From Leucoraja erinacea (taxonomy: Eukaryota), in NCBI RefSeq assembly GCF_028641065.1, contig NC_073396.1:558001-622000 (forward strand): DNA of 64,000 nucleotides, given 5' to 3'. Positions 25,371 to 37,300 of this stretch are shown here, piece by piece; position 1 is the first letter of the stretch, and each line of letters begins with the position of its first letter. The notes beneath the pieces were generated by a model. That model worked only from the letters and a program-made list of their open reading frames with translations. It did not search any database and was not told where the DNA came from. Position numbers and translations under genes: made by a program.

Positions 25371-28182
25371 TATAACTCCGTGACTCTATGGCACTGAATC
25401 ATTCTCATTGGCTAATCATCCACACAAATCTCATTTACCAACCCATGGACTCTCAGCACAGCCATTCCAGCGCAAATCTTAATTCATTTTAAACGTTTCA
25501 GGTTGGGATGGGACTGAATTAAAGTCCTGACCCAAAACGCCAGTCTATTGCCTCCACAGATGTTGCCTGGTCCACTGCTCCACCAACGCTTTGGTTTCTA
25601 TTCTACAGTGAACGTTGCAGGAGTGGGACCATGCCTGTCCCTTTTCCCACTAGTGCTGTCTGTCCAAGCTGCACAATCTGTTTCTTTTATTTCAGATTTT
25701 CTCTGCCTGCAGTGTTGGGATTCCTGATTTCCCGGAGGTCCACTGCTACCCTGTGGTGATCACAACCTATTGCAGCTGGAACTGATGTTAAAAGCTTTAC
25801 TCTAGGGCACTGAAAAAGCTTTACTGTTCAGTTGATCGATGGCCTCATGAGCCGAGGAGAACAATTCCAGATTTTTGTTTCCCTGTGTAACTGGAGTATT
25901 TAATCATTGGTACCATTGTTCTGAATGCCCTCTGCCTCCGCTCCAAGGTCCTGGCATCCTTACCAAAATGTGATGCTCAGTGCGTTGGTGGAATAACGTC
26001 AAGGAAATCTAAATTGTCATCACTATTTCAAAAATAAAAGACGACTTTCTCAGCAGGCCAAACCAACCCTGTCCCATCTATTTACAGTACTCAGCAGGTT
26101 TTGATCTAGTACAAATATGCAGAGATCCGAATGCCGTTGGTTAGTATGGGGCTCCTTATTCTACATTTAAACATGAGGAATCTGGCTATCTCACTCTTTG
26201 TCCTTTCCAAAGCCAGCACATCTACCAAGGTGCAATAACCAGAACTGCCCAATGTAGTTGACTAATCAATTCATTGCCACGCCGTGGAACCTCCTGAGGA
26301 CCACGAATCTCAGGATCTCGTTAACTTAACTTTTGCCAAAACTGCAGGTGAAACTTTATGTCCTGTTCACTGCCATAATGTCAGTGAAACTCCAGACAAA
26401 TGGCACAATGATAATCACAATGATTTTCGGTGTTTCTACAGCTTTTGTGTAGATTATGGAGGAACATTTATTTCTCAGCTATGGTAATCCATTACATTGT
26501 CTTTGTGTATACAACAAGCAATTCTAAAATAATTAGTTGCTTCTCCTGTCTAATATACTGTAGTTATTAACCACTTCTCCTTCCTATACATTATCACCTC
26601 AACCACATTATGCGCCTGTTCACTATTCAAATTCCATCTATTTAACCTGCCTGTGCCTTTTTTCATTATTCTTCACAAGTTACAGGAGTAGAATTATTCC
26701 ATTTGGCCCATTGATTTCACTCCGCCAATCAATCATGGCTGATCTCTGCCTCCTAATCCAATTTTCCTGCCTTGTCCCCATAACCCTTGACACCCGTTCT
26801 AATCAAGTTCTGCCCTAAACGCTGAAACATCCCCACATTTGAAGCGTTTTTCTCAGATTTCCATTTCCAGATAATTTTTGCACGTGTCATCCACAATGTC
26901 CATGATAATGGACACCGAATGATCCTGTTAATCACTCTGTTGCCATATCATTATATTTCTTCTGCATGTGATGATTTCTGGCACACTTAACTAGTCTTCG
27001 CCCCAAGGTGTAAACCAAGCACTGTGTAATATTGTCCCAATATTGTGACACTTCTCAATTTAAAACTAAGTCCCTTGGTTCTTCATTCTCCTATCCTGGG
27101 TGAAAGACAATGTGCATTTACCCTATCTATTCTCCTGTTATGCACCTCTATATCACCCCTCATCCTCCTGCACTCTGAGGAATAAAGTCCTTGCTTTCCC
27201 AATCTCCCTGTGGCTCAGGCCCTCAAGTCTTGGCAACATCCTTGTAAAACTCTGCACTCTTTCCAACTGAATGGCATCCTTCCTAACGCAGGGTGACCAA
27301 ACCTGACAAGATAGTCAAAGTGTGGCCTCACCAACATCTGATACAACTGAAACGTAATGTACCAAATCACTTTCTGATGATGGCCAGTGTGCTAATAGCC
27401 TTCTTGGTCATCCTACCTACGTACTGCACTACTCTCAAAGTGTACTTGTATTCCAGGTCCCTCTGTTCTACTGGGAGATCAAGTTGTTCAGAAACCGAAG
27501 ATAGACACAAAATGCTGGAGTAACTCAGCGGGACAGGCAGCATCTCTGGAGAGAAGAAATGGGTGATGTTTCGGGTCGAGACCCTAGTTGTTCAGTGTAC
27601 ATTAAGTCAGTTTAATGGCAGCATTGTACGGTGCCTTGAAACATTGCCTTGCTAGTCCACCGTGTGGTTATTAACCCAATCAAATTGATTTTCAATGAGA
27701 TACAATTATTGTACTTTAAAAACGCGGTGGTCTCTGTAAAATTGTACACAGTTCACACATGTGATCCTTTGTACGTTGGCCATTGACATAAATCACCTGA
27801 GGGTGCACTTGGCTACTCACGGCAGACGCTGCCTCATGCTTGCCTCAGTCTCCATCCATCCCGGCTGGGAAACACGCATCTTTTGGCAAACCACTGGTCC
27901 ATATAATGGAAAGGGAACATTTTATGTGAATGGACGAGCGGGGAATGTTTCAACTCAAATCTTCGCTGCCCTTGCCCGTGGAATTGAAGCTTCACCGGGT
28001 CACAGGTGGGGCATCATGGCGCGACTTTGCAGCGTTTGCCGGACTGATGAGTGGCGCCGATGGTCATGTGCCAAGTCTCTGGTCTCTGAGCCTGACGTGG
28101 GTGGCGGCGGGGGCGGCGGCTCTGGGTTGTGGATCACCCCCAGGGTAGACAAAAGTGCTGGAGAAATTCAGCGAAAGGGTTT

Positions 28183-29130
28183 CATAGAAGACACAGAAAT
28201 TAGGTGCAGGAGTAGGCCATTCGCCCCTTTGAGCCTGCACTGCCATTCAATATGATCATGGCTGATCATCCAACTCAGTATCCCGTACCTGCCTTCTCTC
28301 CATACCCCCTGATCCCTTTAGCCACAAGGGCCACATCTAACTCCCTCTTAAATATATCCAATTAACTGGCCTCAACTACCTTCTGTGGCAGAGAATTCCA
28401 CAGATTCACCACTCTCTGTGTAAAAAATGATTTTCTCATCTCGGTCCTAAAAGACTTCCCTCTTATCCTTAAACTGTGACCCCTAGTTCTGGACTTCCCC
28501 AACATCGGGAATAATCTTCCTGCATCTAGCCTGTCCAACCCCTTAAGAATTTTGTAAGTTTCTATAAGATCCCCCCTCAATCTCCTAAATTCTAGCGTGT
28601 ACAAGCCGAGTCTATCCAGTCTTTCTTCATAAGACAGTCCTGCCATCCCAGGAATCAGTCTGTTGAACCGTCTCTGCACTCCCTCTATGGCAATAATGTC
28701 CTTCCTCAGATTTGGAGACCAAAACTGTACGCAATACTCCAGGTGTGGTCTCACCAAGACCCTGTACAACTGCAGTAGAACCTCCCTGCTCCTATACTCA
28801 AACCCTTTTGCTATGAATGCTAACATACCATTCGCTTTCTTCACTGCCTGCTGCACCTGCATGCCTACTTTCAATGACTGGTGTACCATGACACCCAGGT
28901 CTCGTTGCATCTCCTCTTTTCCTAATCGGCTACCATTCAGATAATAGTCTGCTTTCCCGTTTTTGCCTCCAAAGTGGATAACCTCACATTTATCCACATT
29001 ATACTGCACCTGCCATGCATTTGCCCACTCACCCAGCCTATTCAAGTCACCTTGCTTGTAGCCTCCTCACAGCTAACACTGCCCCCCAGCTTTGTGTCAT
29101 CCGCAGACTTGGAGATGTTGCATTCAATTC
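28183..29130 (-). mobile_element. Young CR1 LINE 3' fragment (227-aa intact ORF2 C-terminus)
   Basis: WQ..YNVDKC.V.H.G...RDLGV...LVRPHLEYCVQFWSP...[18 protein letters not shown]. Confidence 0.93.
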
Positions 29131-29224
29131 CCTAATCCAAATCATTAATCCAGACGTTTCGGCCCGAAACGTCACCTATTCCTTCGCTCTATAGATGCTG
29201 CTGTACCCGCTGTGGATCACCCGA

Positions 29225-30000
29225 GGGCGGGCGGGCGGTCACCAGGGTAACGGCGCTAGGCCCCGTCGCGACCCGGAAGTGTGTCCGTTATCCAATGGGA
29301 GGCGGCGCTGGTTGCCAGGTGACGTGGGGCGGTTTGAGCGGCGGCAATGGCGGGAGCGGGGCCTAGTGTGGAGAGAGCGGGGCTGTGAGAGAGAGCAGGA
29401 CCTAGTGTGGAGCTGTGAGTGTGAGAGAGAGCGGGGCCCAGTGTGGAGCTGTGAGTGTGGGAGGGGCCCAGTGTGGAGCTGTGAGTGTGTGAGAGAGCGG
29501 GGCCTAGTGTGGAGCTGTGATGAGTGTGAGAGATAGAGAGGGACCTAGTGTGGAGCTGTGAGTGTGTGAGATAGAGAGGGACCTAGTGTGGAGCTGTGAG
29601 AGAAGGGCCTAGTGTGGAGCTGTGAGAGAGCGGGGCCCAGTGTGGAGCTGTGAGAGAGCGGGGCCCAGTGTGGAGCTGTGAGAGAGCGGGGCCCAGTGTG
29701 GAGCTGTGAGAGCGGGGCCGTGAGGGGTCGGACCTGAGACCGCGGCCGGGGCTGACTGACTTGGGCTGAGGGATCCACAGGCCGACGCTGCTCGACAAGA
29801 CTGGCCGGCGGTCGGGCCCGGCTGCGAGCCGCCGCACGGTAGCCGAGATCGGTGAGTCTACACCCGCGGGCCCGCTGCCGACACCCAGCCTCCGTAAGTT
29901 TGCGGTGCTCTCTTCACACTGACGCGGCTGACACCGGGCCTACACCCGCAGCGCAGCTCTTGTATGTGTGTGTGTGTGTGTGTCAGGCCGGCCGTGTAAG
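29225..30000 (+). promoter_or_regulatory. CpG-island promoter and non-coding first exon of CCP110
   Basis: X-box-like 29238-29251 and 29311-29323, ETS CCGGAAGT 29273-29280, CCAAT 29292-29296, TGACGT, GC box; candidate donor CG|GTGAGT at 29851/29852. Confidence 0.75.
29354..29720. repeat. ~28-bp minisatellite (GTGTGGAGCTGTGAGAGAGCGGGGCCCA)n, ~12 copies, at the CCP110 5' end
   Basis: Direct tandem repeat. Confidence 0.93.
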
Positions 30001-31185
30001 AAAGGCTCCTCATAGAGTCACATAGAGTGGACACAGACTCTTGGGCCCGCACTGACCAACATGTCTCACCTCCCCGCGTTTGGCCCATATCCCTCTAAAC
30101 CTGTTAGTGTATATGTCCAAATGCAGCTTAGAGGTTGCGACAGTCCCAGCCTCAACTACCTCCTCTGACAGCCTGTTCCATACACCCCCAACCTTTATAT
30201 GATAAAAACGTTACCCCACATGTTCCTATCATATCTCTCCCTCCCCCTTAAACCTATATATTTTGGTTCTTGATTTCCTCTACTCTGTGCAAAAGACTAA
30301 ATGTGTTTAGTCGATCTATTCCCCTCATGATTTTGTACACCTCTATAAGAGAAACATAGAAAAATAGGTTGCAGGAGTAGGCCAGTCAAGGCTCTTTCCT
30401 TGACCCCAGTTACTTATAGTAATGACAATAAATGCGACTGCTTTTAGAAGCAGTGACGAGAAAAATTATAAGGAAGAATAAAAATGTCAGAACTTTGAAG
30501 AAATGCTTTATAGTGTCTTCATTATACAGGATATTATGAACAGGAAAGTGTGGAGAATTAATTTATATTAATGAAAACAAACGGAGATGATGTTTATAGG
30601 ACTGAAAGGTGGCTGGCTGGTCCCTTGAAATGTGTTGATATATGTCTTGGCTTTGAGAGATGTTGGTGCATTTGTTTTGAATTCACAGAATTAGAACGTA
30701 TCATGGTTCCAATAGATTGGGATGTAACAAATAACCTGCTGGGCAAGGAGCAAATGGGACAAATAAACTAAACTAAGCATAGAATTTGTAGCATAGTAAG
30801 TATTTAAATTTAAATATAGAATTGAAGTTTTACTTAGTGTTGCTTTGTTGTCGGCCTGACAGCAACCTCAGTTTTAAAACATTATTCAAAAGCAATAAAG
30901 TGAGAATCCATCTTACCAAAGAAGAATTTGGATATTTATACATTATTCTGTTTGCAAAGTTTTTTCAAATATAAATCTCAAATTTTCAACTTTCATAGTA
31001 ACATTATATATCTTTATTTACAAGCAGTTACTTTTTGTAAATTATCCTTTAGCATAAGGTCTCCTTAATTCTAGCTGTGGTATATTAGTGTTGTATTGCT
31101 GGATTATTTGGATGATGGTTAGAATTTTTGTAACCTATAATGTATTTCTCTTCACAGCTGTTGCACAAACAATTAGTGGGTAACA

Positions 31186-31326
31186 ATGGAAGATTATGAA
31201 GAGTTCTGTAAGAAGCATTTAGTCATGATTCAGTCTAAGATGGTAACAAATGAAGTTCCACCATCAGCTTGCCAAGAAAGCGTCTCTGTTCTCTGCTTCC
31301 ATGGGGTAGCTGTACTCTCTCCTCTG
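31186..31326 (+). CDS. CCP110: CCP110 first coding exon (exon starts 31158)
   Basis: Acceptor ttctcttcacag; ATG 31186; donor CTG|GTAAAT. Confidence 0.93.
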
Positions 31327-34300
31327 GTAAATTCGATTTTTACACCTTGGGGGTGGGGGGGAATGAGACACAAAACAGATTAGATATCATAGGTTATATA
31401 AAACAAATCATGTGCTGATTATATTTTGAGTTCTCTAGGAAGTTAATTGCTCAATCTAAGCTCTGTGCATGGGAAGGAGGAAGGAGGAGGAGGTAGGTGT
31501 ACTTGTTTAGTGACTCGTATGGCAGCTGATCATGGGTGATTGAAGAGTGGACCAAAGTGTTTAAGAAGGAATGGTCTATTGGAATGCTGTAAGGTGGGAG
31601 AAGGAATGCATGTTTGGTGATGGCTAAAGAATACCTAATAGACATTGAAGGAGTGCAAGGATACTGTTGGATTTCTGTGTACAAGGGAAACATTTAGCGT
31701 AAAGGCTCATCTGCCCCTCTGCTTCCAGAGCAGGTTGGTGAGGCTGGGCACCAAAGGTCTGACATTAGATCCAGGATGTTCTAACCCAATGCATTTTGAC
31801 CAAACACAAGTGCCGCTGCGTTTGTGTACTGCGGTGGATAAAATGCTTACAAATCCTAAATATCACATGATGTCTAATGTGTTGTATTTATTTGTCCGAG
31901 CACTTTGTAAGCATGAATGGGGCGTCTTTAAACATGTAAATGCCTTTGGCACAATAGTTAATCATAAGCTTTTGAGGGACTCATTGGCTGTTGAGGTTAA
32001 GCTGGTTAATTGATCACCTTGCTGCGGCTTCAAGTTACTCATCACCCAACAAACGGACCGAAAACGTTGTTATCACAATACAAGCTGCCTGTATGTTTTC
32101 AGATTTGGTAAGCCTGGACATTTGAAAGTGTATTGTTTTAGTGAGGTACAGCTCTGCTGCAAACTGCTTGTAAAATGCCCGGTTGCATTAAGCTAGTGTT
32201 GTTTTTCTAGATGAATACTGAAAGAAAACTGGAGATGCAGCAATACAGACAGAAAGCTGTGGAATTGGAGGTTGGTCGGTACAAAGCAAGAAAAAGTGCC
32301 TTGCTTACCCGTGTGGGGAAGAAATTATTGAAAACGTACAGGTTGGTTATTTTGCTTCTGTTTCTGACAATGAATTTTAAATTGAATTTAAAATGCCAGC
32401 TCTAAATCAGGAGGTTGTGTAGATTTCATTCCAAACTAAGGTAGACACAATATGCTGGAGTAACTCAGTGGCAGCATCTCTGGAAAGAAGGAATGGGTGA
32501 TATTTCGGGTTAGGTCAATTCCTCTCTCAGAGATGATTCTTCTTCTTCTTGCGTTTGGCTTGCACAGCCTAAAGTTGTGGGACAACTTGTTCTATTTGAT
32601 CTTATTTGATTGTGCATGCCGGGTTGATTGCATTCGTCGAAACAAGGCGAACCACGTGAAGGTTGCAATCTTCCACCCCTACAGAGATGCTGCCTTACTC
32701 AGACGCTGATTTACTCCAGCATTTTATGTCTACCTTCAATTTAAACCAGCATCTGCAGTTCTTTCTTACACATATAATTTCAAACTAATTGGCTGTGGGA
32801 ATTCTGACTTATTGTTAGCATTTTCTCTACAAGTAAATGTTTTGCATCATTCGTGAACAATGTGGTAATAACTGCTGAATGAGTGAAGCCCACCGAGTCG
32901 TGGGTTCAAACCACTCTTGTTCGCATCATGGAAACTTCAATGCAACGTAGTGCTGGGGAAACTTGCTGGCTCTTTCAATAAGGTGTTGCTCTCAATTCTT
33001 TTGGATTCAAAAGATGGTGTGTTTTTTGAGTTCTGGTGTCTTAGTCTTTTCTTTTAATTATTAAGCAATGTAGGTGATCTGATCACTTATTTCATAGTGG
33101 ACATAATTTGACTGGATTTGTTGATTTGTTTGAAAAGAGTTGGTTGATGCTTGGTATTGAACCTGTTCTTCCAGTGCAATAATGTTACGTCGTGTGTCAT
33201 TACAAAATGTGTAGGGACCACAGGATAGCAGACTAAATTGGTGCTGAGGATGATAATTTGCACCAGTGAATAAATTAACTGAGCCTTATGCATTTTATTA
33301 TCAATATTACTTTTTTTTTAAATCTGCAACTCAGATTGTTGGAATCTTATCCCACTAAATCTGTTTTTGAGTGTTTTTGGACGATGATATTTTCTGCAGT
33401 TTTTAAATTTCTAAGTTTTACTTGAAGAATATGAAATATTGATATGGCAATTGAATATTAAACCAGAATAAAATGCAGGTTGTAAAATCTCAATTGTATT
33501 ACAACATAACAATGCTGCTTAAAACATAGATCTTTGACGTGTCCTCTTGTCCCCTGAGGCTCTAAGTGTTGTCTGATGCAAGTTCCCTGTTATGTAGCAA
33601 AACTGAGGCCCCAGACTTGTGCAAAGACTTCTTCCATCATCATGTTCACTCACATGTCCTCTGAACATAGTACAGATTGTGGACTTGCTATTGGAGAAAC
33701 ATTGTTAAATTGATAGTGTAACTCCACAGGCCATGATGGAAGAGGTGAATCCTTGGGTCCGTGGATGAAGTGCTAATCAAGGGGATTATTTATTCTAGAA
33801 ACATAGAAAAATAGGTGCATTCGGCCCTTCGAGCCAGCACCGCCATTCAATATGATAATGGCTGATCATCTAAAACAAAGGTTTCCAACCTGGGGTAAAT
33901 TTTGCCTCCCCAGGGGGTAAATTTGTTGATTCTGGATATGTACATATTTTTTCTCATTGACTGACTGTGATTGGTTCTGGTATACCGACCGGTATCTGTT
34001 CATCATTAGTTGTTCATAAATAAGTGAAATAACATTGTTATGTGCTATTAAAGTTTCCTGAGGTAAAAGGAACAAAAACGGTTGTGAGTCCCTGATCTTA
34101 AATCAATGCCCCGTTCCTGTTTTTCCCCGATATCCCTTGATTCCTTATTCTCGATTGTATCAAGAAGCTTATGTTTTGGGGTGACACTTGTCCAGACGTT
34201 GGAACGTATTCAATCGTGTAATAGTGTCCTTCCCGGTGAGATGCTGGGAAATAAGAACAAACGTTGTGGTGTTGATTATGGCAGATCATTGTATAGATTG

Positions 34301-37300
34301 CTTTGTTGTGGGTGTTGTCTGAGAAGTACTTGCATGGCTTAAATGATACTTACATTTAATCAATCCCAGCTCCTTGTCCAGTTTTTATCGCATGGACAAT
34401 TATTAGTAAATCAATGTCTGAAGAATTGTTAGTGAAGCTGGTCAATGTGCCAAGCATCAATCCGTTCATGATGGGTGGAAGATCATTCATCAAACGGTTT
34501 CTTCATGCCTAATATGTCACTGGCCATTGAAGTATTTTCCTCCGATCTCCATTTCCTCCACTCGTATTTTGCACGTTTTACTACTTCATTCACTCATATT
34601 GATTTCAATAGTAATCATTGTCACTTTGCTTTTGGAGTTGGGCTTTGAAATAAAGGCTGCAATTAGATTTGTATTGTGTTGGAAACTGAAAATAGCGTGC
34701 ATGTTACTTGAGTACAGTGCAGGTAATTTGCACTATATGTTCCAGGAGCGAATGTAGGCAAACTGGATTCATGTAGATGGATAAAAAGGCATACAGTGCC
34801 CTCCATAATGTTTGGGTCAAAGACTCATCATTTATTTATTTGACACTGTACTCCACAATTTGAGATTTGTAATAGAAAACATCACATGTGGTTAAAGTGC
34901 ACATTGTCAGATTTTAATAAAGGCCATTTTTACACATTTTGGTTTCACCATGTAGAAATTACAGCTGTGTTTATACATACTCCCCCTATTTCAGGGCACC
35001 ATAATGTTTGGGACACATGGCTTCACAGGTGTTAGTAATTGCTCAGGAGTGTTTAAATGCCTCCTTAATAGAATAGAATAGAATAGTTTCTTTATTGTCA
35101 TTGTAACATGGACCATGTACAACGAAATTTAAAATGTCAGCCAGTCAGTGCAGCATTCAAACATTTCTAAAAGCTAACGATACATACACGGTAAAATAAT
35201 AAAGATAAACAACTAAATAAATATCACGAACACAGCAGGTATAAGAGAGCAGGTATAAGAGAGCTCTCAGCACCTAGTCTTTCCTCCAATCACCTTTGGA
35301 AACTTTTATTGCTGTTTATCAACATGAGGACCAAAGTTGTGCCAATGAAAGTCAAAGAAGCCATTATGAGACTGAGAAACGAGATTAAAACTGTTAGTCA
35401 TCAGCCAAACCTTAGGCTTACCAAAATCAACAGTTTGGAACATCATTAAGAAGAAAGAGAGCACTGGTGATCTTAGTAATCGCAGGCCAAGGAAGACCTC
35501 CACAGCTGATGACAGAAGAATTCTCTCCATAATAAAACAAAATCCCCAAACACATGTCCGACAGATCAGAAACACTTTTCATGAGTCAGGTGTGGATTTG
35601 TCAATGACCACTGTCCGCAGAAGACTTCATGGTCAGAAATACAGAGGCTACACTGCAAGATGCAAACCACTGGTTAGCTGCAACAATAGGATGGCCAGGT
35701 TACAGTTTGCCAAGAAGTACTTAAAAGAGCAACCACAGTTCTGGGAAAAGGCCTTGTGGACAGATGAGACAAAGATGAACTTGTATCAGTGATGACCAGA
35801 GCAAAGTATTGAGGAGAGAAGGAACTGCCCAAGATCCAAAGCATACCACCTCATGTGTGAAACACAGTGGTGGGGGGCGTTATGGCCTGGTCATGTATGG
35901 CTGCTGAAGGTACTGGCTCACTTTTCGTCATTGATGATACAACTGCTGATGGTGGTAGCATAATGAATTCTGAAGTGTAGAGACACATCCTATCTGCTCA
36001 AGTTCAAACAAATGTTCAAAACTCATTGACTGGCGGTTCATTCTACAGCAAGACAATGATCCCAAACATACTGTTAAAGCAACAAAGGAGTTTTTCAAAG
36101 CTAAAAAATGACCAATTCTAAGTCAATCACCCAATCTGAACCCAATTGAGCATGCATTTTGTATGCTGAAGAGAAAATTAAAGGGGACTAGCCTGGCAGA
36201 GCATCACCAGAGAAGACACCCAGCAACTGATGATGTCCATGATGATGAATACATTCCTTTACATGACATTGCTGTGTGCCAAACATTATGGCACCCTGAA
36301 ATGGGGGGACTATGTAGAAACACTGCTGTAATTTCTACATGGTGAAACCAAAATGTATAAAAATGGCCTTTATTAAAATCTGACAATGTGCACTTTAACC
36401 ACATGTGATATTTTTTTCTATTACAAATCTCAAATTGTGGAGTACAGTCAAATAAATAAATGATGGGTCTTTGTCCCAAACATTATGGAGGGCAGTGTAT
36501 CTTGAGGTTCCTATTGGTGATGTCGTTCATTGTCGGCAAATCCTGGAACCTCACACCAAGCGGCATTGTGTGGTGGCTTTTACCACCACCTTCTCCCTGG
36601 CAATGAGAGGAGGAGCATAAGCAAGGCTTTGCCAACAATGGCCGTATCCAACATTGAATTTAAACCAAAAGCTCATGGATGCCCAACTTTTGAGCTGCTA
36701 AAGCTGTTCCAAATCTCTTTCATTTAGCACCAGTTGTGAATACAGAAGGCTGTGGAGGCTGTCAATGGATAATTTTAAGGCAGAGATAGATCTAATACAA
36801 TTTATAAAAATAAAAAATAAAAATCACAAGTGCGTAAGAAGGAAATACAGATGCTGGTTTAAACCGAAGATAGACACAAAGCTGGAGTAACTCAGCGGGA
36901 CAGGCAGCATCTCTGGAGAAAAGGAATGGGTGACTTTTCTTCAAACTGAAGAAGGGTCTCGACCCTTAACGTCACCCATTCCTTCTCTCCAGAGGTGCTG
37001 CCTGTCCCACTGAGTTACTCCAGCTTTTTGTGTCCAAAATCACAAGTGCAGCAGGTTCAGGAAATCAAATAAGCTGTAGCCATGACCACAGACATATTAC
37101 CAGAGATTTTATTTTTATCACAAATGTGTCATTTGGTTTTAACTTAACTTGTAGCCAAGATAGTGACTCAAACTGTAATGATGGAAGCTTGCAGAAAGAC
37201 ATACATATTGCAGCCCCGCTGGATGCTTTGTCTTGTGTTTACAACTGTGCACATGGATACCAAAAGCAAACACAACATCATGGGATTTTGTCAGGTTACA

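Noticed and set aside
23000-29300. Shared bidirectional GDE1/CCP110 promoter
   Set aside because: The starts are ~6.3 kb apart with separate CpG islands and TE-filled spacer.
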